43,786 bases of DNA from an uncultured Clostridia bacterium (GTDB lineage: Bacteria > Bacillota > Clostridia > TANB77 > CAG-508): the NCBI GenBank assembly GCA_947628425.1, contig CANQZV010000002.1, positions 1-43,786 of the forward strand. The letters are read 5' to 3'. Under the pieces are notes generated by a model. It ran no database searches. It saw only the letters and a program-made list of their open reading frames with translations, and was not told the DNA's origin. Every line of letters begins with the position of its first letter. Position 1 is the first letter of the stretch. A program made the position numbers and the translations under genes. Shown piece by piece: positions 30,492 through 40,127 of the stretch.

Positions 30492-31997
30492 TTATACTTT
30501 GTCTGTATAATATAATAAATTTTTATCTTTTCCTAAATAATACTTTCCAATGAAGTCAATCAATAAGTTTTCGTCAAGATTATAATTTACTTCACATACA
30601 ATTTCTCCTTTAGTATTAACTGCTCCCCATTTACCGTCTTTCTTTACTGCTGCAAATCCATACTCATTTTGTTCTTTAGCATCATCATAAATAAAATCAA
30701 CTATAACATTACCTTCTTTGTCTACAAAACCGTATTTTCCATTTTGTTTCTTTAAGAATATTTTATTTTGTACTAAAATATCTGCTGAATTCTTTTCTTC
30801 TCCAGATAAGCTATAATATTTGTATTCTTCTTCAGTCCATACTCTAACATAACTTTCTTGTACATATGCTTCACTTATTATTCCTTTAGTTATTTCTTCA
30901 AGTTGATTATTAAGTATAATATTTTCCATGTTCTCATTATTTTTTGGTTCTAATTCGTAAACTTGTGCATCTTCATAATATTCTATGGATGCATATTCTA
31001 TTTTTTGTTTTATATTATTATCTATATTAACAATTCCATAAGAATTATTTTTCTTTGCTATAAAGTTTTGATTACATGTATAAATTAATTCATTATATTT
31101 GTCTTGAAGTATCTTTTTTTCATTGATATCGTATGCTCTATATTCTTTGTTATTTGTATAAACAATAATATTATCTTTTATTTGCTTAATATCATCAAAT
31201 TCAAAATCTAAATTAATCTCTCCTTCTTGATTAATTATTTTATATTTGTTATTTTCCTTAACACAATATATTTCCGTACTGTTTAAAGGTTTTACCTCTT
31301 GGTATTTTATTTCTGTTTTTTCATAAATACCTGTATTATTTTGTTCATCTTTTACAATATATAAATTGGTATCTTTACCTAGGCTTTTAATATCTGAATA
31401 ACTATTTGGTACTATTTGTATTCCTTTTGTGTTTATAACACCTTGTTTTTTGTTTTTTATTGTAATTAATGAGCCAGTTATTCCCTTTAATGCATATATA
31501 TCTTCATATTCAGCTTTTACAAGTACTTTGCCATCTAGATTAATTAAACCATATTTTCCATTTTCTTCAAATTTTAATACATTTTCTTCATACCACAAAT
31601 TATTATATTCATCATAATTTTCTATAGCTTGTATTTTATTATATTGAGTTAAAATTTCCTTATTCTCAGAATTTATAACTTTTGTGCTATATGTATTATT
31701 ATTATAATCTACATTTTCAGTACAGATAAATAATTCTTTTTTATTGTCTGGAATGATAATCATTTCATCATAAGAAGGTTCTATTACAATATTACCACTA
31801 TTATTAATAACTCCCCATTTATTATTTGAATATAAAGTATAATATGTTGTACTAGTAATATTATTAGATTTATCTGAATTAATTAACTCCTTAATAGCTA
31901 TTACAAACATTATAATAACAGCAATTACTAGTATTACAGCAATTACTTTTTTTATATTTAGCTTTGGTTCAGTATTATATCTTTTCCCTTTACTCAT
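30492..31997 (-). CDS. membrane-anchored WG-repeat (KWG-type) protein
   Basis: N-terminal anchor VIAVILVIAVIIMFVIAI. Repeated modules NNKWGVINNSGNIVIEPSYDE, NGKYGLINLDGKVLVKAEYEDI, KKQGVINTKGIQIVPNSY, NGKYGFVDKEGNVIVDFIYDDA and DGKWGAVNTKGEIVCEVNY. Confidence 0.7.
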   Translation of the reverse strand: MSKGKRYNTEPKLNIKKVIAVILVIAVIIMFVIAIKELINSDKSNNITSTTYYTLYSNNKWGVINNSGNIVIEPSYDEMIIIPDNKKELFICTENVDYNNNTYSTKVINSENKEILTQYNKIQAIENYDEYNNLWYEENVLKFEENGKYGLINLDGKVLVKAEYEDIYALKGITGSLITIKNKKQGVINTKGIQIVPNSYSDIKSLGKDTNLYIVKDEQNNTGIYEKTEIKYQEVKPLNSTEIYCVKENNKYKIINQEGEINLDFEFDDIKQIKDNIIVYTNNKEYRAYDINEKKILQDKYNELIYTCNQNFIAKKNNSYGIVNIDNNIKQKIEYASIEYYEDAQVYELEPKNNENMENIILNNQLEEITKGIISEAYVQESYVRVWTEEEYKYYSLSGEEKNSADILVQNKIFLKKQNGKYGFVDKEGNVIVDFIYDDAKEQNEYGFAAVKKDGKWGAVNTKGEIVCEVNYNLDENLLIDFIGKYYLGKDKNLLYYTDKV

Positions 31998-32152
31998 ATT
32001 TCCTCCTATTTTAATATTTATAATATATCATAAATATTAAAAAATGTCGATACAACTGCAAAATAATTTTATTAATTATATTATAATTTGCTTTTTTTAT
32101 ATTTTTAATATATAATGTTTTTTAATTTTTGATACAAAGGAGATATAGTTTT

Positions 32153-32878
32153 ATGGGTATTTATGCTGAAAAGGTTACATTAAAATATGATGATATTGGA
32201 AAATCCAATTGTTTTAACATTAGATCTTTGGTTAAATATCTAGGTGATGCAGCTAGTGCTCATGCTTCTTCCGTTGGACTTGGCTTAAACGAAATTCCAA
32301 TTACTCATATTGCATGGGTTATAGTAGATTGGAAAATAAAAATGTTTTCTCATCCTCAATATAATGAAGAAATTATTATAAAGACTTGGCCTAGAGTTTT
32401 AGAAAAATTTTATTCTTACAGAGATTTTGAAGTTTTTGATAATAATAATAATTTAATTGCAATTGCTTCTTCAAAATGGATTATGATTAATTCTGAGACT
32501 AAAAAAATTGAGAAAATAAATAATACCGTTTTGAGTTCATATGAAGTTTATAAAAAATCTGTATTTTCTGAACCTTTAGATGAAAAACCAAAAATTCCAG
32601 ATAATTTAAAATTGAATTTTACTTATACTATTCAAAGAAGAGATATAGATACAAATGGTCATGTAAATAATTTACATTATATTGATTACGCATTAGAAAC
32701 TCTTCCAGAAGAAGTTTATTATTCTAATGTATTTAATAATATTGATATACACTATAAAAAAGAAATAAAATATGGAGATACTATAAACTGTTATTATTGT
32801 TTTGAAAATAATAATCATATTATTATAATTAAAAATAAAGATAATTCTATTGTACATGCTATTATTAAATTAAATTAA
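32153..32878 (+). CDS. acyl-ACP thioesterase (double hot-dog)
   Basis: Start at the ATG (MGIYAEK...) after AAGGAG; the ORF-track start is an upstream TTG. ...WVIVDWKIKM..., ...RRDIDTNGHVNN.HYIDYALE... are typical of FatA/B-like bacterial thioesterases. Confidence 0.8.
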   Translation: MGIYAEKVTLKYDDIGKSNCFNIRSLVKYLGDAASAHASSVGLGLNEIPITHIAWVIVDWKIKMFSHPQYNEEIIIKTWPRVLEKFYSYRDFEVFDNNNNLIAIASSKWIMINSETKKIEKINNTVLSSYEVYKKSVFSEPLDEKPKIPDNLKLNFTYTIQRRDIDTNGHVNNLHYIDYALETLPEEVYYSNVFNNIDIHYKKEIKYGDTINCYYCFENNNHIIIIKNKDNSIVHAIIKLN

Positions 32879-32912
32879 AATGGAACTGTAGTTATAATTA
32901 CAGTTCCATTTT
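32877..32912. terminator. bidirectional terminator between the thioesterase gene and spoIIE
   Basis: aaaatggaactgta gttataat tacagttccatttt, a perfect 14-nt stem including A/T runs. Confidence 0.7.
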
Positions 32913-32915
32913 AAT

Positions 32916-35407
32916 TTAATGAATAAATTTAATTACAATAATGCTCATGTCATCTTCTGCTTTTCCATAATTATTATCAATTGCTTCATTAATAATTATA
33001 TCTGCTATTTTTTGAGCATTTTCTGTTTCTACATTTTCTAATAAATCTTTTACCCATAATTCTTTATTATTATATTCTTTGTTTGAGTCTATAATACCGT
33101 CTGTGCACATTACTATTATATCATTATCTTCTATATCTCTATCATATACTACTAAATCTATATTGTTTAAAATACCTGTTGGTAAAGCAATACTTTTTAT
33201 TATATCTACATTTTTTTTGTTTTTTACAAAGGTAGGTGCTGCTCCATTTTTTATGAATTCTATATTTCCTGCATATAAATCTAAAATAATTGTATCTAAT
33301 GTTGCATATGTTTCCTTTTTATTATTTGCTAATATTGTATTATTAATAAGTTCAATAGATGTTTCTTTATCAAATCCATTTGATAATAATCTTCCTAATA
33401 GTTTTACTGCTATTTGACTCGATTTTCTAGCATTTGGTCCACTTCCCATTCCATCACTTAAAGCTAATAAGTATTTTCCATCTTTTAGTTTTATTTGTAT
33501 GCTACTATCTCCAGATACTGTTTCTCCTTCTTTAGTTGTTTTGGCTATTCCAATTTGTATATTATATATATCTTTTGATATATATGTTTGATAGCAAATA
33601 TTTTGTTCCATTTTCATGCCACATTTTTCTTCTTGCAATATTACTTTTTCTTTTAATATACTAAATAATATATCCTCTATTTTTTTTGTAGGGCAATCTA
33701 TTATTTTAGTTTTATCACAAGTATTTAAATAAATTTTTACAATATATCTTCCACTTCGTTCTTTTTTTATTTCTACATCTAATACATCTATCTTTCTTTG
33801 TTTACAAACCATTATTATTTCTTTTTTTTCTTTTTCAAAACTTAGTGTATCTTCATTTGTAATGTCTTTCGCAATACTTTCAATTGCCTTTGATACTCCT
33901 TCTAATTGGTTAGAAATATTTTTATTATTTTCATTTACTTTTGCTTGTATTACAAAATTTAATTTACTTGTTTTATATGTATCATTTATGAATTTAATCA
34001 TATTACTAATATCTTTTTCTATTTTTAATGATGTTTCATAATTATCAAACCCTACAATATAGCTATTATGATTTTTAAAAATTTCCAATAATTCTTCTCT
34101 ATTAATTTTTTCTCTTTGATTTAATAATTCAAAAATTTCTTTTACAATTACTTCATCTTCACTAATAATATCTTCATATAAAATGTTATCTTTTAAAGCT
34201 TGTACTCCATTTTGCAATTCATCTAAAAAAATTTCTCTATTGTTATCAATAATTTCTTTTTCATCTACGACTGTAGCAGCTACTTCTTTATATGTATTAG
34301 ACATTTGTTTTATTACATCTGATACATCATTAAGTTTTTCTAAAGTATCGCTTTCTTGTAGTCGATAGATTGCTCCTTCTTGTAAATATTCATTTTTTCC
34401 AAATAAATCTGATATATTAATTTCTAATTTATTTGGAATTAATAATAAGGCTAATGATGCAATTAATATTTCTTTAAAGTATATTAATTCTACTAATTGT
34501 CCATTATAAACATATGTAAGTAATAAATTTCCTATTATAAATCCTACAATTACTCCTATTTTTCCAAATTTACTTAGAATTCCCGCTATCAGTCCAGATA
34601 AAGCAAATGCTGCAATTAATATAGGTTCTGAATTTGTAATTATTCCTAATACTACTCCTATTGTAACTCCTGAAGTAGTACCTACTAATATTCCATTTTT
34701 CCAACCTAAAATTAAAACTAGTAAAATGCTAATAATATTACTTATTTGTAATCCTAATATTTTGAAACTACCTAAAGATGTAGCTGCAATAGATATCATT
34801 AAAACTCCGTCCCATTATTTCTTCTAATGAAAATACCTTTTTAGTTCTTATTTGAGTCATTACAATAATAGATTTACTAAATATTTTATAAAATATATAT
34901 CCTATCATTCCTGCCGAAATACTTATTAATAAATCATACACTAAAAATGTTTGAAATAACTTAGGAATAACTTGTCCTATAAATATAGATAAAAAAACAA
35001 ATTTACCGAATTTTTTGTTTTTCGTTTTGGTATTCTTCTAATATTCTTTTAGGTTTAAAAATTAAAATCATTGTAATTAATATAAATGTTGTTAATAAAT
35101 ATGATAATAATCCAGCAGTTTGAAATTTAATTAATGTTCCTATCATTGTAATAATATAAAAAATTCCTACAGGTATTTCATTACTGCTAATTGCTGCAAA
35201 TATTGCAAATGCAAATATAGAATAGTTTATTCCTATATTGTCGTCTACTAATGACAACATAAAAGTAACAATATATAATAATATATTCTGTGTATTTAAT
35301 GCAGAATTTAGTATTGTTTTTATTTTCTTATTTGTTTTTACATTCTCAAATTTATTTTGAGATTCATCAAAGTCCTTTGATATATTTTGAAACATTTTTG
35401 TTACCAC
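32916..35407 (-). pseudogene. spoIIE: stage II sporulation protein E (PP2C phosphatase) split over three reading frames
   Basis: The 627-aa ORF (32916..34799) has TM helices, a central regulatory region and a PP2C end (LALSDGMGSGPNARKSS, MCTDGIIDS, EDDMSIIVIKF). The 134-aa ORF (35003..35407) is a polytopic membrane N-terminus. A third frame, open across about 34771-35037, encodes KFGKFVFLSIFIGQVIPKLFQTFLVYDLLISISAGMIGYIFYKIFSKSIIVMTQIRTKKVFSLEEIMG and bridges them. Confidence 0.75.
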
Positions 35408-35578
35408 CTCATAACTTTTTAAATCATTATTTCCTTATTATAGTTATTTTTTATAGTATTGTTTGTCGTTTTTGGAAATATAACTTAAAAAGTTTTTTAC
35501 ATATTGTGATTTTTTTATATTTATACTATCTTTTTTTTCACTATGTAATCGTATTATGTATATTATTTTACAATAAAA

Positions 35579-35585
35579 TGTCGAA
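35579..35585 (+). promoter_or_regulatory. sequence matching the Spo0A-box consensus TGNCGAA upstream of spoIIE
   Basis: Exact TGTCGAA about 170 nt upstream of the spoIIE start, with a near-match TGTCGTT at 35464-35470. A 7-mer match alone is weak evidence. Confidence 0.25.
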
Positions 35586-35622
35586 TCTTTCAATATTTAT
35601 ATATCAATATTATAATTATTTT

Positions 35623-36339
35623 TTAATTATTATAAAAATAATCCATTATGCCTGTGTAAATTCCCCATGCTAATCTGCTTTGATATTCATCGTTTTGTAG
35701 TTGCTGTGATTCTTCTGGATTGGATAAAAAGCCACATTCTACTATGGTTGTTGGAATTTCAACATGTTCTATTATATATTTTCCTGTAATTTTTAATGAT
35801 TCTCTTTTATTTTCTTTTTGAATACTATTATTTAAACCTATTTGTATACTTTGTGCTAGTTTTTTACTTTGTTCATTATTGTTTTTAAAAAAAGTTTGCC
35901 ATCCATAGTATTGCGATTGTTCTATTTTATTTAAGTGAATAGAAACAAAAATATCTGCACTAGAAGTATTACCTATTTTTACTCTATTTTTTATATCGCT
36001 TACTTTTTTATTTCTAATACTATTTGAGTTTAAGTCATATATTCCATTCTCATCTGATCTAGTTAGTATAACTGTACTACCTGATTGTTCTAATAAATTT
36101 TGTAATTTTTTTGTAATTGCTAAATTAATACTTTCTTCTGTAACACCTGAACTATTAGAAGCTCCTTCATCTGGCTTTCCGTGTCCAGCATCTAATATAA
36201 TTACTTTTTGTGTTACAGGTAAACTCGATGTTTCCTTTGTATTTTTATTAAATGAATTTATTGTAATTGCATATGTACAAATTGATAATATAAGCATCAT
36301 TGTAATAAATGACAGTCTCTTTTTATTTAAAATTATCAT
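35623..36339 (-). CDS. cwlD: N-acetylmuramoyl-L-alanine amidase, CwlD-like (germination-specific type)
   Basis: Signal anchor then VIILDAGHGKPDEGA.....EESINLAI..KL..LLE..G..V.LTR and ...FVSIHLN..., with C-terminal VECGFLSNPEE. Start placed at the ATG after GGGGAG; the ORF-track start is an upstream TTG. Confidence 0.75.
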   Translation of the reverse strand: MIILNKKRLSFITMMLILSICTYAITINSFNKNTKETSSLPVTQKVIILDAGHGKPDEGASNSSGVTEESINLAITKKLQNLLEQSGSTVILTRSDENGIYDLNSNSIRNKKVSDIKNRVKIGNTSSADIFVSIHLNKIEQSQYYGWQTFFKNNNEQSKKLAQSIQIGLNNSIQKENKRESLKITGKYIIEHVEIPTTIVECGFLSNPEESQQLQNDEYQSRLAWGIYTGIMDYFYNN

Positions 36340-36514
36340 TATAATTCTCCCCAATCTATTTTTTAATTGTATGTGAATTTTTGTGTTTTATGCTTATATA
36401 TTTATTTTTAATTACCAAGTTTTTATTAATATAAATAATAAAATTGTTTGCACATAAATTTGCAATATTAAATTCATGTACAAACAATTTTTATAATACG
36501 AATTTTAGTTATAT

Positions 36515-36542
36515 AAAAAAGTATAGAATTCTATACTTTTTT
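36515..36542 (-). terminator. rho-independent terminator of the two-component/GGDEF operon
   Basis: Perfect palindrome aaaaaagtatagaattctatactttttt. Confidence 0.65.
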
Positions 36543-36546
36543 ACCT

Positions 36547-37488
36547 TTAATTATAATTTATATTTCCTCTTCTTTTATTGATTGCATAAGCATTTCCTAT
36601 TTGTGTTTTTGCTAAGTGTTTTACTTGTGCTCCAACTTCTCCTATTTCTAATGAATTTTTATATTCTCCTGGTTTAGCTGTTACAACTCCTATTGATAAT
36701 GAAGTTAATGGAAATTGTTCTATAATTCCCTTTCTATTTGCTACTTCAAAATATCCCTTTTCTAAATCATCTTCTGTAAAATATTGTTTTATTCCTTCTT
36801 CATAATGTAATAATATATCTTGACATATTTTATCATAATCAGCTTTAGAAATAATAGCTATAAAATCATCTCCACCTATGTGTCCCACAAATGTTTCTTC
36901 TAACTCATATTTGTGAATAACTTTTAAAATTGTTTTCGCAGTAAATTTAATAACTTCGTCACCCTTTAAGAAACCATATATATCGTTATATTCTTTAAAA
37001 TTATCTAAATCTAAATATAGCACTGCAAATTCTTTTTTTCTTAATATTCTTTTTTTTATTTCTACCTGAATTTGTACATTTCCTGGAAGACCTGTTAATG
37101 GACTTACTCTTCTATTTGTTTGTATTAATCTTAGAATATTTTTGATTGTATAATATGCATATTCTTCATCTATAGGATATTTTATAATATTTTCTACTTC
37201 GTTTTTTAAAACTTCTATTATAAATTCTTTTTCTGTATTGGAACTTATAACTATAATAGGTGTAATAGAATTATCATGATAGCTTCTTATTAATTTACAT
37301 ATATCAATTGCATTTGTATTTATTCCATCTGCATTAATAATAATTAAATCTGGAATATTTTTCATTTCATCTTCTACTTTTGATGTTTCTATTCTTTTTA
37401 ATATATATTCGTCTTCTTTTATAAAAATTTTTTTTAACTGTTCATATATTGTGTTATTATCATCAATAATATATATATCTTTATACAT
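36547..37488 (-). CDS. receiver-domain protein fused to a degenerate GGDEF domain (GGDDF)
   Basis: Start at the ATG (MYKDIYIIDDNN...) after AGGTGA. Receiver-like N-half. C-half is PLTGLPGN...LYLDLDNFKEYNDIYGFLKGDEVI...GHIGGDDFIAI. Confidence 0.8.
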   Translation of the reverse strand: MYKDIYIIDDNNTIYEQLKKIFIKEDEYILKRIETSKVEDEMKNIPDLIIINADGINTNAIDICKLIRSYHDNSITPIIVISSNTEKEFIIEVLKNEVENIIKYPIDEEYAYYTIKNILRLIQTNRRVSPLTGLPGNVQIQVEIKKRILRKKEFAVLYLDLDNFKEYNDIYGFLKGDEVIKFTAKTILKVIHKYELEETFVGHIGGDDFIAIISKADYDKICQDILLHYEEGIKQYFTEDDLEKGYFEVANRKGIIEQFPLTSLSIGVVTAKPGEYKNSLEIGEVGAQVKHLAKTQIGNAYAINKRRGNINYN

Positions 37489-37521
37489 TTTTTCTATCAC
37501 CTACTCTATCTTTTGTTTCTT

Positions 37522-38460
37522 TTATTTTATATATTCATATTTCCAAAGGTCTTCGCTTGTTATTCCACTTTCTGTTGTAGTTTTTATTTTTAGATAATTC
37601 ATTCCTTCTTCTAATTTAACTCTATAAACTACTTTTTTTGAATTTCCAGACTTATCTATAATTTCTTTTTTTATTGTATAGTTTTTACCATTAAATGTAA
37701 AGTCTACTTGTGTAATATTTTCATCAGCTATTACTTCAAAATAAATGTATTCTCCTTGTATTACAGGCTTTGACTGTGGTTTTGTTACACCCTTTATTTC
37801 TTGTGATTTTTCTGATGTATTATTATAAATGTCTACTGCTGTTACATGTAATGTATTTGTACCAATTGGTATTTCTAATTCTCTTTCAAAAGTAGTTTTA
37901 TCTTCATATGTTGTCATATCCATTCTTTGTTCTTCATCAGAATTCCATCTATATGTTATATATGATAAATCTACATTTGAATTAACAGATATTTTTATAT
38001 TACTTCCAACTAATGATAAGTTTATTTTTGGTTTGTCTACATTTAATGTAAATGTTTCTTGTTTTACTGTTTGCTTACCATTAATATCTATTGTTTTAAC
38101 CGTTAAAGTATTCTGACCAACTGGCATTGTTATTGTTTGTTGTATTGTAGTTTTTCCATTTCCAGATATTGTCTCAGATGCGTCACTATTCCAGTTATAA
38201 ATTAATTCTGTAATTTGTGTTGAGCTTTCTACTGTAATAAGAACTTCTCCTTCATTACTCTGAGATAATTGAATTTGTGTTGTTTTTTCTTCTTTATTTT
38301 CAATACTTTTATTTTCATTAAATTTATATACACCATATACACCTTGTCCAGACAATATTAAACCAAATATAATAATTAATATAGCAAAAAATAATACAAT
38401 TTTTTTTGTATCTTCTGGATTATTTCCTTTTTTATCTTGTATAAACAATATTTGATTCAT
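37522..38460 (-). CDS. single-pass membrane protein with three Ig-like extracellular repeats
   Basis: N-terminal TM helix IVLFFAILIIIFGLILSG. Repeated beta-rich units each contain (V/I)G(Q/T)NTL(T/H)V(K/T)..D..(G/N) and Y(N/R)WNSD motifs. Sits 21 nt from the GGDEF gene and 106 nt from the kinase gene. Confidence 0.55.
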   Translation of the reverse strand: MNQILFIQDKKGNNPEDTKKIVLFFAILIIIFGLILSGQGVYGVYKFNENKSIENKEEKTTQIQLSQSNEGEVLITVESSTQITELIYNWNSDASETISGNGKTTIQQTITMPVGQNTLTVKTIDINGKQTVKQETFTLNVDKPKINLSLVGSNIKISVNSNVDLSYITYRWNSDEEQRMDMTTYEDKTTFERELEIPIGTNTLHVTAVDIYNNTSEKSQEIKGVTKPQSKPVIQGEYIYFEVIADENITQVDFTFNGKNYTIKKEIIDKSGNSKKVVYRVKLEEGMNYLKIKTTTESGITSEDLWKYEYIK

Positions 38461-38566
38461 CCCTTATTAATTCCTTTCTTTTAGCTTTAATAGTTTTATA
38501 TAAATTTACATTTTCATAGAATTTTAATTTATTATAACATATTATAAAATCATTTGTAAATAGCAA

Positions 38567-39970
38567 TTATTCTTTAGTTGGTATTCTTATAACAACCTCT
38601 GTTCCTTTTCCTTCTTCACTTTTTATGTCTATATTTCCATTATTTCTGTCTAATATTTCTTTTGCTATAGATAATCCTAGTCCTGTACCACCCATTTGTC
38701 TTGTTCTAGCTTTGTCTACTCTATAAAATCTTTCAAATATTCTTTTTAAGTCATTTTCCGGAATTCCTAGCCCATTATCAATTACTTTAATATAAGCATC
38801 ATTATATACAAATCCAACATAAATTTTAATATTTCCACCTTCTGGTGTGTATTTTATAGCATTTGTTAAAATATTTAATATTACTCTTTCTATTCCTTCT
38901 TTATCTGCATATACAGGTGGAACATCTGCTGTTACAAAGCATTCTACTTTATGTTTTTTTTGTGCAATTTGAATTTCTAAATTTTCTTGACATTGTTTTA
39001 CTAATAATCCTAAATCAAATCTTGTTTTTTCTTGTAGTACTTGATTATTATCGAATCTAGATAGTGTTAATAAGTCTGTTACTAATTTTGCCATTCTTCT
39101 TGCTTCTGTAGCAATTACTTTTAAGAATCTTTCTTGTGTTGCTTTATCGTATTCTCCTTCTAACAAAGTATCTGAATATCCCATTATAGATGTTATTGGC
39201 GTTTTTAATTCATGTGATACATCAGCAACAAATTCCTTTCTCATTTCATCTAATTTTACATGTTCCGTAATATCTTGTATCATTACCATTATTCCTGATG
39301 GTCTATCATTTTCGTCTTTAAATTGTGCAAAAAATAAGTTTAGAACTTTATCTGCAACTTTTACTTTTTGTTCTGTAGAGGTCCAATTTTCTAAATAAAT
39401 TATTTTTTCCATGTTAATATCAATGTTTAATTTTTGATTAAATATACCAGTAAAAGTGTTGTCTGTTGGAAGTAATTGCAATAGTCTACTTGCTGCAGGA
39501 TTTATTAGTATTACATTGCCTTCTATATTAAATGCTATAATTCCGTCTGTCATATGTAAAATTATAGTTTCTATTTGCTTTTTTTGTCTTGTCATTTCAT
39601 TTAAATTATCTTTTAATTCATCTGTCATCATATTAAATGTATCTACAATTTCATCTGTATTTTTATTTTTCTTTTCTTTCTTGTTTACAGATATTATTTT
39701 ATCTGCATCTTGTAATAATTTAGTAATTGGTTTATTTACAAATTTTGAAACTATAATTGCAATTATTAAACATATAAAAGAATAGGTTATATTTAATATA
39801 ACAGTTACTTTAATTACTTGATTTACTTTTTCTTCTAAAATTATATTTTGTACATCGCTTGATGTAAATTGTTTTAATACTTCTATTTGGTATATTCCTA
39901 ATACAGTTATAATAATAACACCTATAATTAGAAACAATGTTATTAATTTTATGTGTATATTTTTAAACAT
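38567..39970 (-). CDS. sensor histidine kinase (2 TM, HAMP, PAS, HisKA, HATPase), WalK/PhoR-like
   Basis: H-box FVADVSHELKTPITSIMGYSDTLLEG, N-box ILTNAIKYTP, G-boxes DNGLGIP and GGTGLGLSIAKEI. Short extracytoplasmic loop between the two TM helices. Confidence 0.9.
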   Translation of the reverse strand: MFKNIHIKLITLFLIIGVIIITVLGIYQIEVLKQFTSSDVQNIILEEKVNQVIKVTVILNITYSFICLIIAIIVSKFVNKPITKLLQDADKIISVNKKEKKNKNTDEIVDTFNMMTDELKDNLNEMTRQKKQIETIILHMTDGIIAFNIEGNVILINPAASRLLQLLPTDNTFTGIFNQKLNIDINMEKIIYLENWTSTEQKVKVADKVLNLFFAQFKDENDRPSGIMVMIQDITEHVKLDEMRKEFVADVSHELKTPITSIMGYSDTLLEGEYDKATQERFLKVIATEARRMAKLVTDLLTLSRFDNNQVLQEKTRFDLGLLVKQCQENLEIQIAQKKHKVECFVTADVPPVYADKEGIERVILNILTNAIKYTPEGGNIKIYVGFVYNDAYIKVIDNGLGIPENDLKRIFERFYRVDKARTRQMGGTGLGLSIAKEILDRNNGNIDIKSEEGKGTEVVIRIPTKE

Positions 39971-40051
39971 TTTTATACTCCTTTTTGATTTTTTTATATA
40001 TGTATAAGGTTTAATTTTATATAAAAATATTTTTTAATTTTTATATTAAAA

Positions 40052-40114
40052 GACGGACAATGTCGTCTGTTTCTACAAAAATTTAAATTGTAGAAACAGA
40101 CGACTATGTCTGCC
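40052..40114. repeat. long imperfect palindrome (27-nt arms) in the regulator-kinase intergenic gap; potential intra-operon terminator/attenuator
   Basis: gacggacaatgtcgtctgtttctacaa aaatttaaa ttgtagaaacagacgactatgtctgcc, with an 18-nt perfect core. On the minus strand a TTTT follows. It is GC-richer than its surroundings. Confidence 0.6.
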
Positions 40115-40127
40115 ATTTATATTTTAC

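Noticed and set aside
36442-36489. Second palindrome (aattgtttgcacat ... atgtacaaacaatt) between the GGDEF operon terminator and the cwlD start, considered as an operator or novel element.
   Set aside because: It is most simply a second, tandem terminator-like hairpin followed by a T-rich tract on the minus strand. There is no further evidence for a regulatory role.
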